A stretch of DNA of 64,000 nucleotides, taken from NCBI GenBank assembly GCA_050951545.1, contig JBMNJG010000004.1, positions 192,001 through 256,000 on the forward strand, given 5' to 3'. The stretch is from Limnochordia bacterium (GTDB lineage: Bacteria > Bacillota > Limnochordia > DTU080). Position 1 is the first letter of the stretch, and every line of letters begins with the position of its first letter. The translations under genes were made by a program, and so were the position numbers. Of this stretch, positions 54,745-64,000 are shown one piece after another. The notes under the pieces were generated by a model, which searched no databases, was not told the origin of the DNA, and worked only from the letters and a program-made list of their open reading frames with translations.

Positions 54745-55031
54745 TGAATGCTCGGGATATCATTCTGCGCCCGGTAGTCACAGAGAAGAGCATGAGCGAC
54801 CTTCTTCCGCTAAACAAGTATACGTTTGAGGTCGACGTGCGTGCCAACAAGGCACAGATTCGAGCGGCTGTGGAAGAGTTGTTCGATGTCGGCGTAGTGG
54901 CGGTGAACACGATGCGTTGCCCCGGCAAGCTCAGGAGAATGGGCCGTTTTCAAGGTCGTCGTCCCGAGCGCAAGAAGGCGATTGTGACGCTGCGTGATGG
55001 CGACAGCATCGAGATGCTTGAAGGGCTATAG
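54744..55031 (+). CDS. rplW: 50S ribosomal protein L23
   Basis: [15 protein letters not shown]. Confidence 0.97.
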   Translation: MNARDIILRPVVTEKSMSDLLPLNKYTFEVDVRANKAQIRAAVEELFDVGVVAVNTMRCPGKLRRMGRFQGRRPERKKAIVTLRDGDSIEMLEGL

Positions 55032-55042
55032 GGGGAGTTACC

Positions 55043-55873
55043 ATGCCGGTGAAGATATATAAACCGACAACGCCTGGCCGCCGGGATATGTCAGTCAGCA
55101 CGTTTGAAGAGATAACTCGGTCGAAGCCTGAGAAGTCGCTCACCGCACCACTGAAGTCGAGCGGAGGGCGCAATAGCTCTGGCCGCACGACGACTCGGTT
55201 CCGTGGCGGTGGCGTCAAACGCAAGTACCGGACTATCGATTTCCGGCGTGACAAAGATGGCGTACCCGGTAGGGTGGCCAGTATTGAGTATGACCCGAAT
55301 CGCTCGGCCCGCATTGCTCTAGTGCACTATGCGGACGGGGATAAACGGTATATCATAGCTCCGGTGGGCTTGGAAGTCGATCAGGTCGTCATGTCGGGTT
55401 CTGGCGCGGATATCAAGGTCGGGAACGCCCTGCCCTTGGCCAGTATTCCTGTGGGGACAATGGTGCACAATGTAGAGTTGTACCCCGGACGCGGAGCCCA
55501 GTTGGCTCGCTCAGCAGGGACCTCCGCACAGCTGATGGCTCGCGAGGGACGCTACGCAACATTGCGTCTTCCCTCTGGTGAGTTCCGCATGGTGTTGGTA
55601 GAGTGCCGGGCGACTATCGGTCAGGTCGGCAACACAGAGCATGAGAATCTAACTATCGGTAAGGCTGGGAAGACTCGCTATCGGGGTTTTCGACCGCACA
55701 CGCGTGGTTTGGTGATGAATGCTGTTGATCACCCGCACGGCGGTGGTGAGGGTAAGGCGCCGGTGGGGCTTCCTGGGCCGCTCACACCGTGGGGCAAGCC
55801 GACGCTTGGGGCCCGTACACGTAGGAAGAAGAACAAGTCAGACCGGTTGATCGTGCGTCGACGCAAGAGCTGA
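55043..55873 (+). CDS. rplB: 50S ribosomal protein L2
   Basis: [26 protein letters not shown]. Confidence 0.99.
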   Translation: MPVKIYKPTTPGRRDMSVSTFEEITRSKPEKSLTAPLKSSGGRNSSGRTTTRFRGGGVKRKYRTIDFRRDKDGVPGRVASIEYDPNRSARIALVHYADGDKRYIIAPVGLEVDQVVMSGSGADIKVGNALPLASIPVGTMVHNVELYPGRGAQLARSAGTSAQLMAREGRYATLRLPSGEFRMVLVECRATIGQVGNTEHENLTIGKAGKTRYRGFRPHTRGLVMNAVDHPHGGGEGKAPVGLPGPLTPWGKPTLGARTRRKKNKSDRLIVRRRKS

Positions 55874-55920
55874 CGCAACTAGCTCTTACCGCTTGCTACC
55901 ATTTGGAAGGAGGAGTGGCC

Positions 55921-56205
55921 TTGGGGCGATCGCTGAAGAAAGGACCATACGCTCATCCCAGCCTGCTGGCGAAGATCGAGCAAATGAATGAGTCCGGAAC
56001 GAAGCGGGTCATAAAGACTTGGTCTCGCGACTCTGCGATTTTCCCGGAGATGGTCGGGCATACCATCGCAGTTCACGACGGACGCAGGCATGTTCCAATC
56101 TATATATCGGAAGAGATGGTCGGACACAAGTTGGGTGAATTTGCCCCCACCCGTACGTTCCGGGGGCATAGCGCGCACACGGCCCGTTCTACGGCCCTGA
56201 AGTAG
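55921..56205 (+). CDS. rpsS: 30S ribosomal protein S19
   Basis: [26 protein letters not shown]. Confidence 0.98.
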   Translation: MGRSLKKGPYAHPSLLAKIEQMNESGTKRVIKTWSRDSAIFPEMVGHTIAVHDGRRHVPIYISEEMVGHKLGEFAPTRTFRGHSAHTARSTALK

Positions 56206-56226
56206 GTATTGAGGGAGAGTCAGGCT

Positions 56227-56562
56227 ATGGAAGCGAAAGCAGTTGCAAGATTCCTGCGTGTCTCACCCCACAAGGCCCGGGCTGTTGTGGATCTTATTCG
56301 GGGTAGGACGTATCCGGAGGCTTTGACCATTCTGGGTCTTACCCCCCGCCGGGCTTGTGCTGAGGTCGAGAAGGTTGTGCGTTCCGCTGGCGCCAACGCG
56401 CGGAACAATTTCAGCCTGAATCCGCAGGAGATGATTGTTGCAGAGGCCTTTGTGGATGAAGGTGCTACCATGAAGAGAATCAGACCTCGTGCTAGAGGAA
56501 TGGCAAACCGGATTCGCAAACGCACCAGCCATATCACGGTTGTGTTGCGGGACAAGGAGTAA
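56227..56562 (+). CDS. rplV: 50S ribosomal protein L22
   Basis: [18 protein letters not shown]. Confidence 0.97.
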   Translation: MEAKAVARFLRVSPHKARAVVDLIRGRTYPEALTILGLTPRRACAEVEKVVRSAGANARNNFSLNPQEMIVAEAFVDEGATMKRIRPRARGMANRIRKRTSHITVVLRDKE

Positions 56563-56606
56563 TTGGGCATCGACGTCACTGGTGACGTCAGAAGGGGGAG
56601 CAACGC

Positions 56607-57275
56607 GTGGGTCAAAAAGTTCACCCGTACGGGTTGCGGCTGGGCATCATCAAGGACTGGGAAGGCAAATGGTACGCTGATCGTAAGGAGTACAGCGCCC
56701 ACCTGCACGAGGACCTGGTGATGCGGCGGATGATCAAGGAGCGTTTCTTTACGGCGGGCGTACCGCGCGTGGAGATTGAACGGGCAGCCAACCGCACCCG
56801 AATTACAATTCATACGGCACGACCTGGTATGGTCATCGGAAGGGGCGGCACAGAGGTGGAGCGCCTCCGAGCCGAGCTAGAGCGCATGACCGGAAAACAG
56901 GTGCAGATCAACATTGTCGAGGTCAAGCAAGCGGAACTAGACGCCCAACTCGTGGCCGAAAACGTGGCCTTTCAGCTAGAGCGTCGCATTTCGTTCCGCA
57001 GGGCCATGCGGCAAGCACAACAGCGCTCTATGCGCATGGGCGCCAAGGGAATTAAGGTCCGAGTAGCGGGTCGACTGGGCGGCGCAGAGATTGCTCGCAC
57101 AGAGTGGACTAACGAAGGTTCAGTACCTTTGCATACGCTGCGCGGCGATATCGACTACGGTTTCGCGGAGGCGCGGACAACCTACGGTCGTATCGGGGTA
57201 AAGGTTTGGATATACAAGGGCGAGGTCCTGCCGCAGAGGCGTTCTGAGGCGAGGGCAGCGCAGGGAGGAGAATAG
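56607..57275 (+). CDS. rpsC: 30S ribosomal protein S3
   Basis: [31 protein letters not shown]. Confidence 0.99.
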   Translation: MGQKVHPYGLRLGIIKDWEGKWYADRKEYSAHLHEDLVMRRMIKERFFTAGVPRVEIERAANRTRITIHTARPGMVIGRGGTEVERLRAELERMTGKQVQINIVEVKQAELDAQLVAENVAFQLERRISFRRAMRQAQQRSMRMGAKGIKVRVAGRLGGAEIARTEWTNEGSVPLHTLRGDIDYGFAEARTTYGRIGVKVWIYKGEVLPQRRSEARAAQGGE

Positions 57276-57277
57276 CC

Positions 57278-57724
57278 ATGCTCATGCCCAAACGGGTCAA
57301 GCGCCGCAAAGTGCAACGCGGCCGCATGAAGGGCAGGGCCGAGCGCGGTTCGAGCGTGACCTTGGGGGAATATGGCCTACAGGCGCTTGAACCCGGATGG
57401 ATTACGAATACCCAGATTGAGGCGGCCCGTATCGCCATGACGCGACACATCAAGCGGGGCGGCAAGGTATGGATCAAGATATTTCCGGACAAGCCGGTAA
57501 GTGCCAAACCAGCCGAAACGCGTATGGGAAGTGGCAAGGGGGCACCTGAGTACTGGGTGGCCGTAGTGAAACCCGGCCGAGTGATGTTTGAAATCGGTGG
57601 GATCAGTGAGGAGCTGTCAAAAGAGGCGCTTCGTCTTGCTGCGCACAAACTGCCTATCAAGACGAAGTTTGTTAGACGGGATCAGATCGCAGCCGAAGAA
57701 GCCGCGGGTGGTGACGGAGAGTGA
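57278..57724 (+). CDS. rplP: 50S ribosomal protein L16
   Basis: [20 protein letters not shown]. Confidence 0.99.
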   Translation: MLMPKRVKRRKVQRGRMKGRAERGSSVTLGEYGLQALEPGWITNTQIEAARIAMTRHIKRGGKVWIKIFPDKPVSAKPAETRMGSGKGAPEYWVAVVKPGRVMFEIGGISEELSKEALRLAAHKLPIKTKFVRRDQIAAEEAAGGDGE

Positions 57725-57924
57725 AAGCTGAGGAATTGAGAGAGCTTACGGGGGATGAACTAGACGGACAGTTGGCTCATCTGAAAGAGGAGCTGTTCAA
57801 CCTGCGCTTTCAGGCGGTCACAGGTCAGCTGGATAATCCGGCACGAGTTCGGCTGGTACGCAAGGATATCGCCCGAGTGATGACGATCATGCGCGAGCGG
57901 GAGCTCGGCATTCAGCGGGTGTAA
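57721..57924 (+). CDS. rpmC: 50S ribosomal protein L29
   Basis: [20 protein letters not shown]. Confidence 0.97.
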   Translation: MKAEELRELTGDELDGQLAHLKEELFNLRFQAVTGQLDNPARVRLVRKDIARVMTIMRERELGIQRV

Positions 57925-57938
57925 AGGGGAGGGGCCTT

Positions 57939-58205
57939 ATGGGCGACACGTCAGTTCGTAATCAGCGCAAGACTCGCGTCGGAATCGTGGTCTCAGACAA
58001 GATGGACAAGACGCGTGTGGTCGCTGTAGAGCGCCTGGTGCAACACCCGCTCTACCGTAGGACGATCCGACAGACGGTCAAGTTGAAGGCGCATGATGAG
58101 GAGAACAGAGCAAACACTGGCGATCGGGTACGGGTCATGGAAACTCGCCCTCTATCGAAAGATAAGCGGTGGCGCATTGTGCAAGTGCTGGAGAAGGCCC
58201 GCTAG
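57939..58205 (+). CDS. rpsQ: 30S ribosomal protein S17
   Basis: [20 protein letters not shown]. Confidence 0.98.
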   Translation: MGDTSVRNQRKTRVGIVVSDKMDKTRVVAVERLVQHPLYRRTIRQTVKLKAHDEENRANTGDRVRVMETRPLSKDKRWRIVQVLEKAR

Positions 58206-58235
58206 CCAGACGATGGAAAAAGGGGGGCGGACAGG

Positions 58236-58604
58236 GTGATACAGCAGGAATCGCGGCTCAAGGTAGCTGACAACACTGGGGCCAAAGAGCTACTTTGCAT
58301 TAGGGTTCTGGGTGGATCAGGCCGACGCTACGCACGAGTAGGCGATGTGATCGTCGCTTCTGTCAAGGAAGCAACGCCCGGCGGCGTGGTCAAGAAGGGT
58401 GAGATCGTGAACGCTGTCATTGTGCGGACGAAAGCGATCACCGGTAGGCGGGATGGCTCCTATATCCGCTTCGACGAAAACGCGGCTGTCGTTATTAACG
58501 AACAGAAGGCGCCGAGAGGAACTCGCATTTTTGGTCCAGTGGCTCGTGAGTTGCGCGAGCGTGACTTTATGCGCATTGTGAGTCTGGCACCAGAGGTTCT
58601 TTAG
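58236..58604 (+). CDS. rplN: 50S ribosomal protein L14
   Basis: [28 protein letters not shown]. Confidence 0.99.
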   Translation: MIQQESRLKVADNTGAKELLCIRVLGGSGRRYARVGDVIVASVKEATPGGVVKKGEIVNAVIVRTKAITGRRDGSYIRFDENAAVVINEQKAPRGTRIFGPVARELRERDFMRIVSLAPEVL

Positions 58605-58637
58605 AGGGCGGACGCGGTTTTGTGAGGAGGGGTTTCG

Positions 58638-58961
58638 TTGGTGTTTAAGGCGCACGTCCGCAAGGGCGACACCGTGCAGGTGATCACTGGTGAGGACGCT
58701 GGTAAGACGGGGACAGTTTTGGAGGTCTCTCCTGCGTCGCAACGGGTTGTCATTGATGGAATCAACATCCTAAAGCGACACACGCGGCCCACACAGACCA
58801 ATCCTCAGGGTGGGATTGTTGAGCGACCTGGCGCTGTGCATGTGTCAAACGTGATGCTTGTGTGTCCCAACTGCAGTAAGGCGGCGCGTACCGGAAGGTC
58901 ACGACAGGCCGATGGCAGCGTGGCGCGCATATGCAGACGCTGTGGAAAGGCCATCGACTAA
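58638..58961 (+). CDS. rplX: 50S ribosomal protein L24
   Basis: KGDTVQVITG.D.GK KOW motif, HVSNV. Confidence 0.97.
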   Translation: MVFKAHVRKGDTVQVITGEDAGKTGTVLEVSPASQRVVIDGINILKRHTRPTQTNPQGGIVERPGAVHVSNVMLVCPNCSKAARTGRSRQADGSVARICRRCGKAID

Positions 58962-58982
58962 TCGGGAGAGGAGGGCAACGGT

Positions 58983-59525
58983 ATGGCTCGCCTGAAAGAG
59001 AAGCTAGAAAAAGAGGCCAAACCTGCGCTTATGCAGCGCTTTGGCTATAGCAATGTTATGCAGGTTCCCACGCTGGAGAAGATCGTCGTCAATATGGGTG
59101 TTGGTGACGCCGTGGCTGAGCCGAAGGCTCTCGATGGAGCAGTTGCGGATATGACGGCAATCACTGGTCAGAAACCAGTGACCACCAAGGCCAAGAAGTC
59201 AGTGGCGGCCTTCAAGATTCGCACAGGCATGACGATTGGTGCCAAGGTCACGTTGAGAGGGGCGCGGATGTATGATTTTCTTGACAAGCTCATCAATATT
59301 GGCTTGCCGAGAATCAGAGACTTCCGCGGCGTTTCACCTAAAAGTTTCGACGGCCGAGGCAACTACTCGCTAGGCTTGCGGGAACAGCTGGTTTTCCCTG
59401 AGATCAACTACGACAAGGTTGATAAGGTCAGGGGCATGGATATCGTTATTGTAACAACGGCACAGACGGATGAAGAAGCTTTTGAGCTACTTCGTGCCTT
59501 GGGGATGCCGTTTCGTAGCGCATAG
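58983..59525 (+). CDS. rplE: 50S ribosomal protein L5
   Basis: [30 protein letters not shown]. Confidence 0.99.
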   Translation: MARLKEKLEKEAKPALMQRFGYSNVMQVPTLEKIVVNMGVGDAVAEPKALDGAVADMTAITGQKPVTTKAKKSVAAFKIRTGMTIGAKVTLRGARMYDFLDKLINIGLPRIRDFRGVSPKSFDGRGNYSLGLREQLVFPEINYDKVDKVRGMDIVIVTTAQTDEEAFELLRALGMPFRSA

Positions 59526-59567
59526 TATGGGGGCACCCCATAGAAGGGTTGTCAAAGGAGGTTTAGC

Positions 59568-59753
59568 GTGGCCAAGACATCGAAGATCATGAAGACAAGA
59601 GGATCTGCCAAGTATGCGGTTCGTCACACCAACCGTTGCCGGATCTGCGGTCGTCCGCGCGGCTACATGCGGGATTTTGAGATGTGCCGCATCTGCTTTC
59701 GAGAACTTGCCCATCGCGGACAGATTCCGGGAGTAACGAAGGCTAGTTGGTAG
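59568..59753 (+). CDS. rpsN: 30S ribosomal protein S14, type Z
   Basis: 61 aa, [15 protein letters not shown]. Confidence 0.97.
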   Translation: MAKTSKIMKTRGSAKYAVRHTNRCRICGRPRGYMRDFEMCRICFRELAHRGQIPGVTKASW

Positions 59754-59780
59754 GGGCGTTCGAAGGGGGTAGCGATGTAG

Positions 59781-60179
59781 ATGGTGATGACGGATCCGAT
59801 CGCCGATATGCTGACGCGTATACGCAACGCCAGCTCTGCCAACCACGATCAGGTGGATATTCCGGCTTCCCGCGTAAAGCAGGAGCTGGCCAGGGTCCTC
59901 AAGGAAGAGGGCTACGTCCGTGACTATAGGATCGTGGATGAAGATGGGCGAAGTGTGATTCGAGTGTTTCTGAAGTACGGCCCGAATAAGGGCAAGGCTA
60001 TTGCCGGAATCAAGCGTATCAGTAAGCCTGGACTGCGGGTGTATGCGAGGCACGAGGAAATCCCCCGAGTGCTGGGAGGCCTTGGTTGTGCAGTGCTGTC
60101 AACGTCCCAGGGCTTGATGACTGATAGAAGTGCGCGGAAGGCCGGTGTGGGCGGCGAGGTTATCTGCTACGTCTGGTAA
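59781..60179 (+). CDS. rpsH: 30S ribosomal protein S8
   Basis: [29 protein letters not shown]. Confidence 0.99.
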   Translation: MVMTDPIADMLTRIRNASSANHDQVDIPASRVKQELARVLKEEGYVRDYRIVDEDGRSVIRVFLKYGPNKGKAIAGIKRISKPGLRVYARHEEIPRVLGGLGCAVLSTSQGLMTDRSARKAGVGGEVICYVW

Positions 60180-60207
60180 CCTTGGCCTCGAGAAAGGGAG
60201 GATCGTC

Positions 60208-60756
60208 GTGTCGAGAATCGGGAAGAAGCCGATCCCCGTTCCTGCCGGGGTTGAGATAAGCATCGACGGCAATACGGTGCAGGTAAAGGGACCAAAAGGT
60301 CAGCTGAGCAGGGACATCCATCCAGAAATGCGGATGCAGCTCATTGACGGTCAGATCATCGTAAGCCGCCCCTCGGATGACAAGAGGCATCGCGCCTTGC
60401 ACGGCCTGACTCGTTCCTTGATCAGCAATATGCTTGAGGGTGTGACCAACGGCTTCACAAAGGATCTGGAGATCAGCGGTGTAGGTTATCGGGCGAGCAA
60501 GCAGGGACAGAGTCTGGTTCTTCAGGTCGGCTACTCACACCCAGTTGAGATTATTCCGCGAACTGGCGTGGAGATAGATGTGCCGGCGCCAACCCGGATT
60601 AGTGTCCGCGGGATCGACAAAGAAGCCGTTGGGGCCGTGGCTGCTGAGATTCGCTTTGTGCGTCCTCCTGAGCCTTATCTCGGCAAGGGGATTCGATACG
60701 TCGACGAGCGGATCAAACGAAAAGCCGGTAAGGCGGGCAGGGTAACCGCCAACTAG
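60208..60756 (+). CDS. rplF: 50S ribosomal protein L6
   Basis: SRIGKKP, VKGPKG, RPPEPY.GKGIRY. Confidence 0.98.
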   Translation: MSRIGKKPIPVPAGVEISIDGNTVQVKGPKGQLSRDIHPEMRMQLIDGQIIVSRPSDDKRHRALHGLTRSLISNMLEGVTNGFTKDLEISGVGYRASKQGQSLVLQVGYSHPVEIIPRTGVEIDVPAPTRISVRGIDKEAVGAVAAEIRFVRPPEPYLGKGIRYVDERIKRKAGKAGRVTAN

Positions 60757-60778
60757 CTGGGTCGGGGGTGAGCGAACG

Positions 60779-61144
60779 ATGGCACGAGTAGACCGAAAGG
60801 CAGAGCGGGTAAGAAGACACGAGCGCCTGCGCAGGCACCTCGCTGGAACAGCTGACAGGCCGAGACTGGTGGTGTTCCGGAGTCTTCATCATATCTATGC
60901 GCAGGTGATCGACGATAGCGAGGGCCGCACCCTTGTATCTGCCGGAACCGTAGAGGATGCAGTACGCGAGGGTCTAGATAGCACCAGGAATCGCGAGGCT
61001 GCCCGCAAAGTGGGCGAGCTCATAGCGGCCCGTGCCCAGGAAAAGGGCATAAAGCAGGTCGTTTTCGACCGTGGTGGCAACACGTATCACGGCCGTGTAG
61101 CTGCCTTGGCCGATGGTGCGCGTAGCGGGGGACTGGAGTTTTGA
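60779..61144 (+). CDS. rplR: 50S ribosomal protein L18
   Basis: [20 protein letters not shown]. Confidence 0.98.
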   Translation: MARVDRKAERVRRHERLRRHLAGTADRPRLVVFRSLHHIYAQVIDDSEGRTLVSAGTVEDAVREGLDSTRNREAARKVGELIAARAQEKGIKQVVFDRGGNTYHGRVAALADGARSGGLEF

Positions 61145-61258
61145 TCGGGTCGTCTGCAGGGCGAACGATTAGCAGGCACGTGCATGGGCTCCGAGCAGGG
61201 CAGCCGCTCGCCGCGAGCGATGTAGACAGAATGCGCTCATGGCGGTTGAGCAACGTGT

Positions 61259-61801
61259 ATGGAATTAGCAAAGGAGCGTGAGAAGGTGTCATTGGGTTCG
61301 CGGCGCGTGGATGCCGAGGCTCTTGGAGAACTCGAAGAGAAAGTGGTCAGCATCAACCCCGTGTCGAAGACCGTTAAGGGTGGTCGGACACGTAGTTTTG
61401 CCGCCGTCGTAGTGGTCGGAGATGGACGCGGCCACGTCGGTGCAGGTACTGGCAAGGCCAAAGAGATCTCTGATGCCATTCGCAAGGGCGTCGATGATGC
61501 GAAGAAGAATATGATTGAGGTGCCTTTGGCTGGTCACACGATTCCTCATCCTGTGAGCACACGTTACAGCGGAGCGCGGGTTCTGTTACGACCAGCATCA
61601 GAGGGAACTGGGGTTATTGCCGGGGGTACGGTGCGCGCGGTTGTGGAGGCTGCGGGAGTGCGCGATATCCTGACGAAATCGCTGGGCAGCAGCAACCCGA
61701 TCAACGTAGTCCGCGCGACCATGAAGGCTCTGACGGAACTGCGCACACCTGAGGAGATAGCCAGGACCCGCGGCAAGACAATGCAGGAGATCGTAGGCTA
61801 G
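61259..61801 (+). CDS. rpsE: 30S ribosomal protein S5
   Basis: [24 protein letters not shown]; start could be TTG 61292. Confidence 0.97.
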   Translation: MELAKEREKVSLGSRRVDAEALGELEEKVVSINPVSKTVKGGRTRSFAAVVVVGDGRGHVGAGTGKAKEISDAIRKGVDDAKKNMIEVPLAGHTIPHPVSTRYSGARVLLRPASEGTGVIAGGTVRAVVEAAGVRDILTKSLGSSNPINVVRATMKALTELRTPEEIARTRGKTMQEIVG

Positions 61802-61835
61802 GACGGGTGTGACGCGGGCTAAGGAGGTTTCAGTT

Positions 61836-62018
61836 GTGTCTGGTACGTTGAAGATCACCTGGAAGAAGAGCGCCATAGGGTACCCACAGGACCAGAAAGA
61901 TACCTTGCGGGCCTTGGGCTTTCGCAAGCTCTATTCGACAATCGAAAAGGACGATAATACCAGTGTGCGCGGAATGCTGTTTAAGGTGCGTCACCTGGTT
62001 GAGGTTGAAGAGTCATAG
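61836..62018 (+). CDS. rpmD: 50S ribosomal protein L30
   Basis: KIT..KS.IG, TLRALG, GM..KVRHLV; AAGGAGG RBS. Confidence 0.96.
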   Translation: MSGTLKITWKKSAIGYPQDQKDTLRALGFRKLYSTIEKDDNTSVRGMLFKVRHLVEVEES

Positions 62019-62088
62019 GCACACGTCGCGGATGTCCCCTTGATCTCGGGGATGCGCGTTGCTCTTTTAGAATCAGGGGGTGTGCAAC

Positions 62089-62532
62089 ATGAGATTGCAC
62101 GAGATCGAGCCAAATCCCAGGGCAAGAAAGAGCCGTACGCGTGTGGGGCGCGGCATAGGATCGGGCTACGGAAAGACGTCCGGACGCGGCCACAAAGGAC
62201 AGGGTTCACGCTCTGGAGGAACAAAGGGGGCAGCCTTTGAGGGCGGGCAGCGTCCTCTACAACAGCGGCTGCCCAAGCGCGGTTTCAGCAACTATCCGTT
62301 TAGGAAGGATTTCGCGTTGGTAGACGTCGGGCAACTGGCTGAACTAGAAGCTGGTACGGTAGTCACGCCCGAAGTGCTCGTGGAGATGCAGCTCATCAAG
62401 AAGCTTAAGGACGGGGTCAAAGTCTTAGGGAGCGGCCAGATTGATAGGGCGCTTACCGTGAGAGCCCATGCATTTAGTAAGTCGGCGGCCGAGAAGATCG
62501 CTGCGGCTGGCGGCACGACAGAGGTGGTCTAA
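62089..62532 (+). CDS. rplO: 50S ribosomal protein L15
   Basis: [27 protein letters not shown]. Confidence 0.98.
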   Translation: MRLHEIEPNPRARKSRTRVGRGIGSGYGKTSGRGHKGQGSRSGGTKGAAFEGGQRPLQQRLPKRGFSNYPFRKDFALVDVGQLAELEAGTVVTPEVLVEMQLIKKLKDGVKVLGSGQIDRALTVRAHAFSKSAAEKIAAAGGTTEVV

Positions 62533-63801
62533 GTGCTGAAGGCCATGCGCAATGCACTAAGGATCGGCGATTTGCGCGCGAAGATCCTGTACTCGGCAGC
62601 GCTACTTGTGGTCTTTCGATTGGGATCGCACGTACCGGTTCCTGGGGTGAATGCCAGCGCCTTGGCCGAGAGTCTGGGTGTAGGTCAGGGAAACATCTTT
62701 GGTTTCCTTGACCTGTTCTCTGGCGGCGCACTGGGGCGTTTTACGATCTTCGCCATGGGGGTCAACCCCTATATCACGGCTTCAATCATCGTTCAGTTGC
62801 TCCAGGTCGTCATTCCGCAGCTCGAAGAGATGGCAAAAGAAGGCGTGGAAGGTCGTAAGCGACTGCAGCAGTATACGCGCTACGGAACAGTGGTGCTAGG
62901 CCTGGTTCAGGCCTTTAGCATTACAGCGTTAGCCCGCAACATGGGTGTAGTCACTAATCCGAACTTCTTCACTTTGTCACTGATTGTGGTTACGCTGACA
63001 GCTGGCACAGTCTTTCTCATGTGGCTGGGCGAGAAGATCTCGCAGAAGGGGTTAGGTAACGGAGTCTCGCTGATCATCTTTACTGGGATCATCGCTCGCT
63101 TACCCTATGGGTTCGTGCAGACTGTGCAGAGCGTAGGCAAAGGCGGCATCAACCCGTTGAGCTTCATTATGTTCCTCGCGTTGACGGTCGTGGTCATCGC
63201 AGGGGTCGTGCTCGTCCAGGAAGGTCAACGACGGATCCCTGTGCAGTATGCGAAAAAGGTCGTCGGGCGCAGGATGTATGGCGGTCAGTCGACACACATA
63301 CCCCTGCGGGTAAACCAGGCCGGAGTGATTCCTGTGATCTTTGCTAGCTCCGTCTTGACGTTTCCCCTTACGCTGGCTCAGTTTGTGCCTTCCTTGGGGG
63401 GGATCACGCGATTCATGGGCTATGGTACCATTGGTTACAATGTGGTCTACGTGGCCCTCGTGATCTTCTTTACCTATTTCTACACTGCCGTTACCTTCAA
63501 CCCTGTAGAGATAGCTGGAAACATGAGAAAGAATGGTGGGTTTATCCCTGGTCTGCGGCCGGGGCGGCCCACCGCAGAGTACCTTGACCGGGTGTTGACC
63601 AGGATCACACTATTCGGTGCTCTGTTTCTGGCGGTAATCGCCGTGTTGCCCACTCTAATGTCCGTCATCACGCGTATGCCATCCCAGTTCGTGTACTTTG
63701 GGGGCACGGGCATGCTGATCGTGGTCGGCGTAGCCCTCGACACAATGAAGCAGATCGAGGCCCATTTGCTGCTGCGGCACTACGAAGGCTTCATGAAATA
63801 A
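62533..63801 (+). CDS. secY: Preprotein translocase SecY
   Basis: PYITASIIVQLL, GNGVSLIIF, AGVIPVIFA, IPGLRPG, FGGT. Confidence 0.99.
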   Translation: MLKAMRNALRIGDLRAKILYSAALLVVFRLGSHVPVPGVNASALAESLGVGQGNIFGFLDLFSGGALGRFTIFAMGVNPYITASIIVQLLQVVIPQLEEMAKEGVEGRKRLQQYTRYGTVVLGLVQAFSITALARNMGVVTNPNFFTLSLIVVTLTAGTVFLMWLGEKISQKGLGNGVSLIIFTGIIARLPYGFVQTVQSVGKGGINPLSFIMFLALTVVVIAGVVLVQEGQRRIPVQYAKKVVGRRMYGGQSTHIPLRVNQAGVIPVIFASSVLTFPLTLAQFVPSLGGITRFMGYGTIGYNVVYVALVIFFTYFYTAVTFNPVEIAGNMRKNGGFIPGLRPGRPTAEYLDRVLTRITLFGALFLAVIAVLPTLMSVITRMPSQFVYFGGTGMLIVVGVALDTMKQIEAHLLLRHYEGFMK

Positions 63802-63818
63802 GACGGGGGAGCATCGGC

Positions 63819-64000
63819 ATGCGTTTGGTAATGCTGGGTCTGCCAGCGGCAGGTAAGGGGACCCATGGAAAGCTTTTGGCTCAGAGGTTTGCTATCCCAC
63901 ACATATCGACAGGCAGCATGTTTCGTGCCGCGATGCAGTTGGACAATGACCTTGGCCGAAGGGCGAAATGGTACATTGATCGGGGAGAGCTCGTTCCGGA
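63819..64000 (+). CDS. adk: Adenylate kinase, 5' part (truncated by window end)
   Basis: MRLVMLGLPAAGKGT...HISTG.MFR...GELVP; follows secY. Confidence 0.9.
   Translation, partial: MRLVMLGLPAAGKGTHGKLLAQRFAIPHISTGSMFRAAMQLDNDLGRRAKWYIDRGELVP

Overview
Mostly core genome of a moderately GC-rich, apparently spore-forming Bacillota (sigH, spmAB, disA, ctsR-mcsAB-clpC). Order: end of galT-galK-galE; a 5-kb poorly characterised block (orphan coiled-coil ORF, an uncalled 25-aa membrane peptide, MoxR ATPase plus DUF4129-type membrane protein, HEXXH protein, spmBA); ctsR-mcsA-mcsB-clpC-radA-disA-carD-PIN/TRAM-ispDF; about 10 kb sitting where B. subtilis has gltX (FMN-riboswitch ribDE(BA)H, lgt, NUDIX, lone Na+-decarboxylase beta subunit, sugar-binding protein, tandem alpha/beta hydrolase); Cys T-box cysE-cysS-mrnC-rlmB, VanW-like gene, sigH, four tRNAs, tuf, rpmG-secE-nusG-rplKAJL-rpoBC, L7Ae-rpsLG-fusA-tuf, and the S10/spc ribosomal cluster to secY and the start of adk. 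I saw no CRISPR array, transposase, integrase or prophage, and nothing I can establish as a new system. Best leads: a consensus SigH promoter in front of one of two tuf copies, the small peptide and possible sporulation block at 2.5-7.8 kb, an FMN riboswitch with a hairpin inserted in a T-loop, a hyperacidic RpoB tail, and an inverted repeat bracketing the str-operon promoter. All calls come from reading motifs and gene order by eye; no searches were run.
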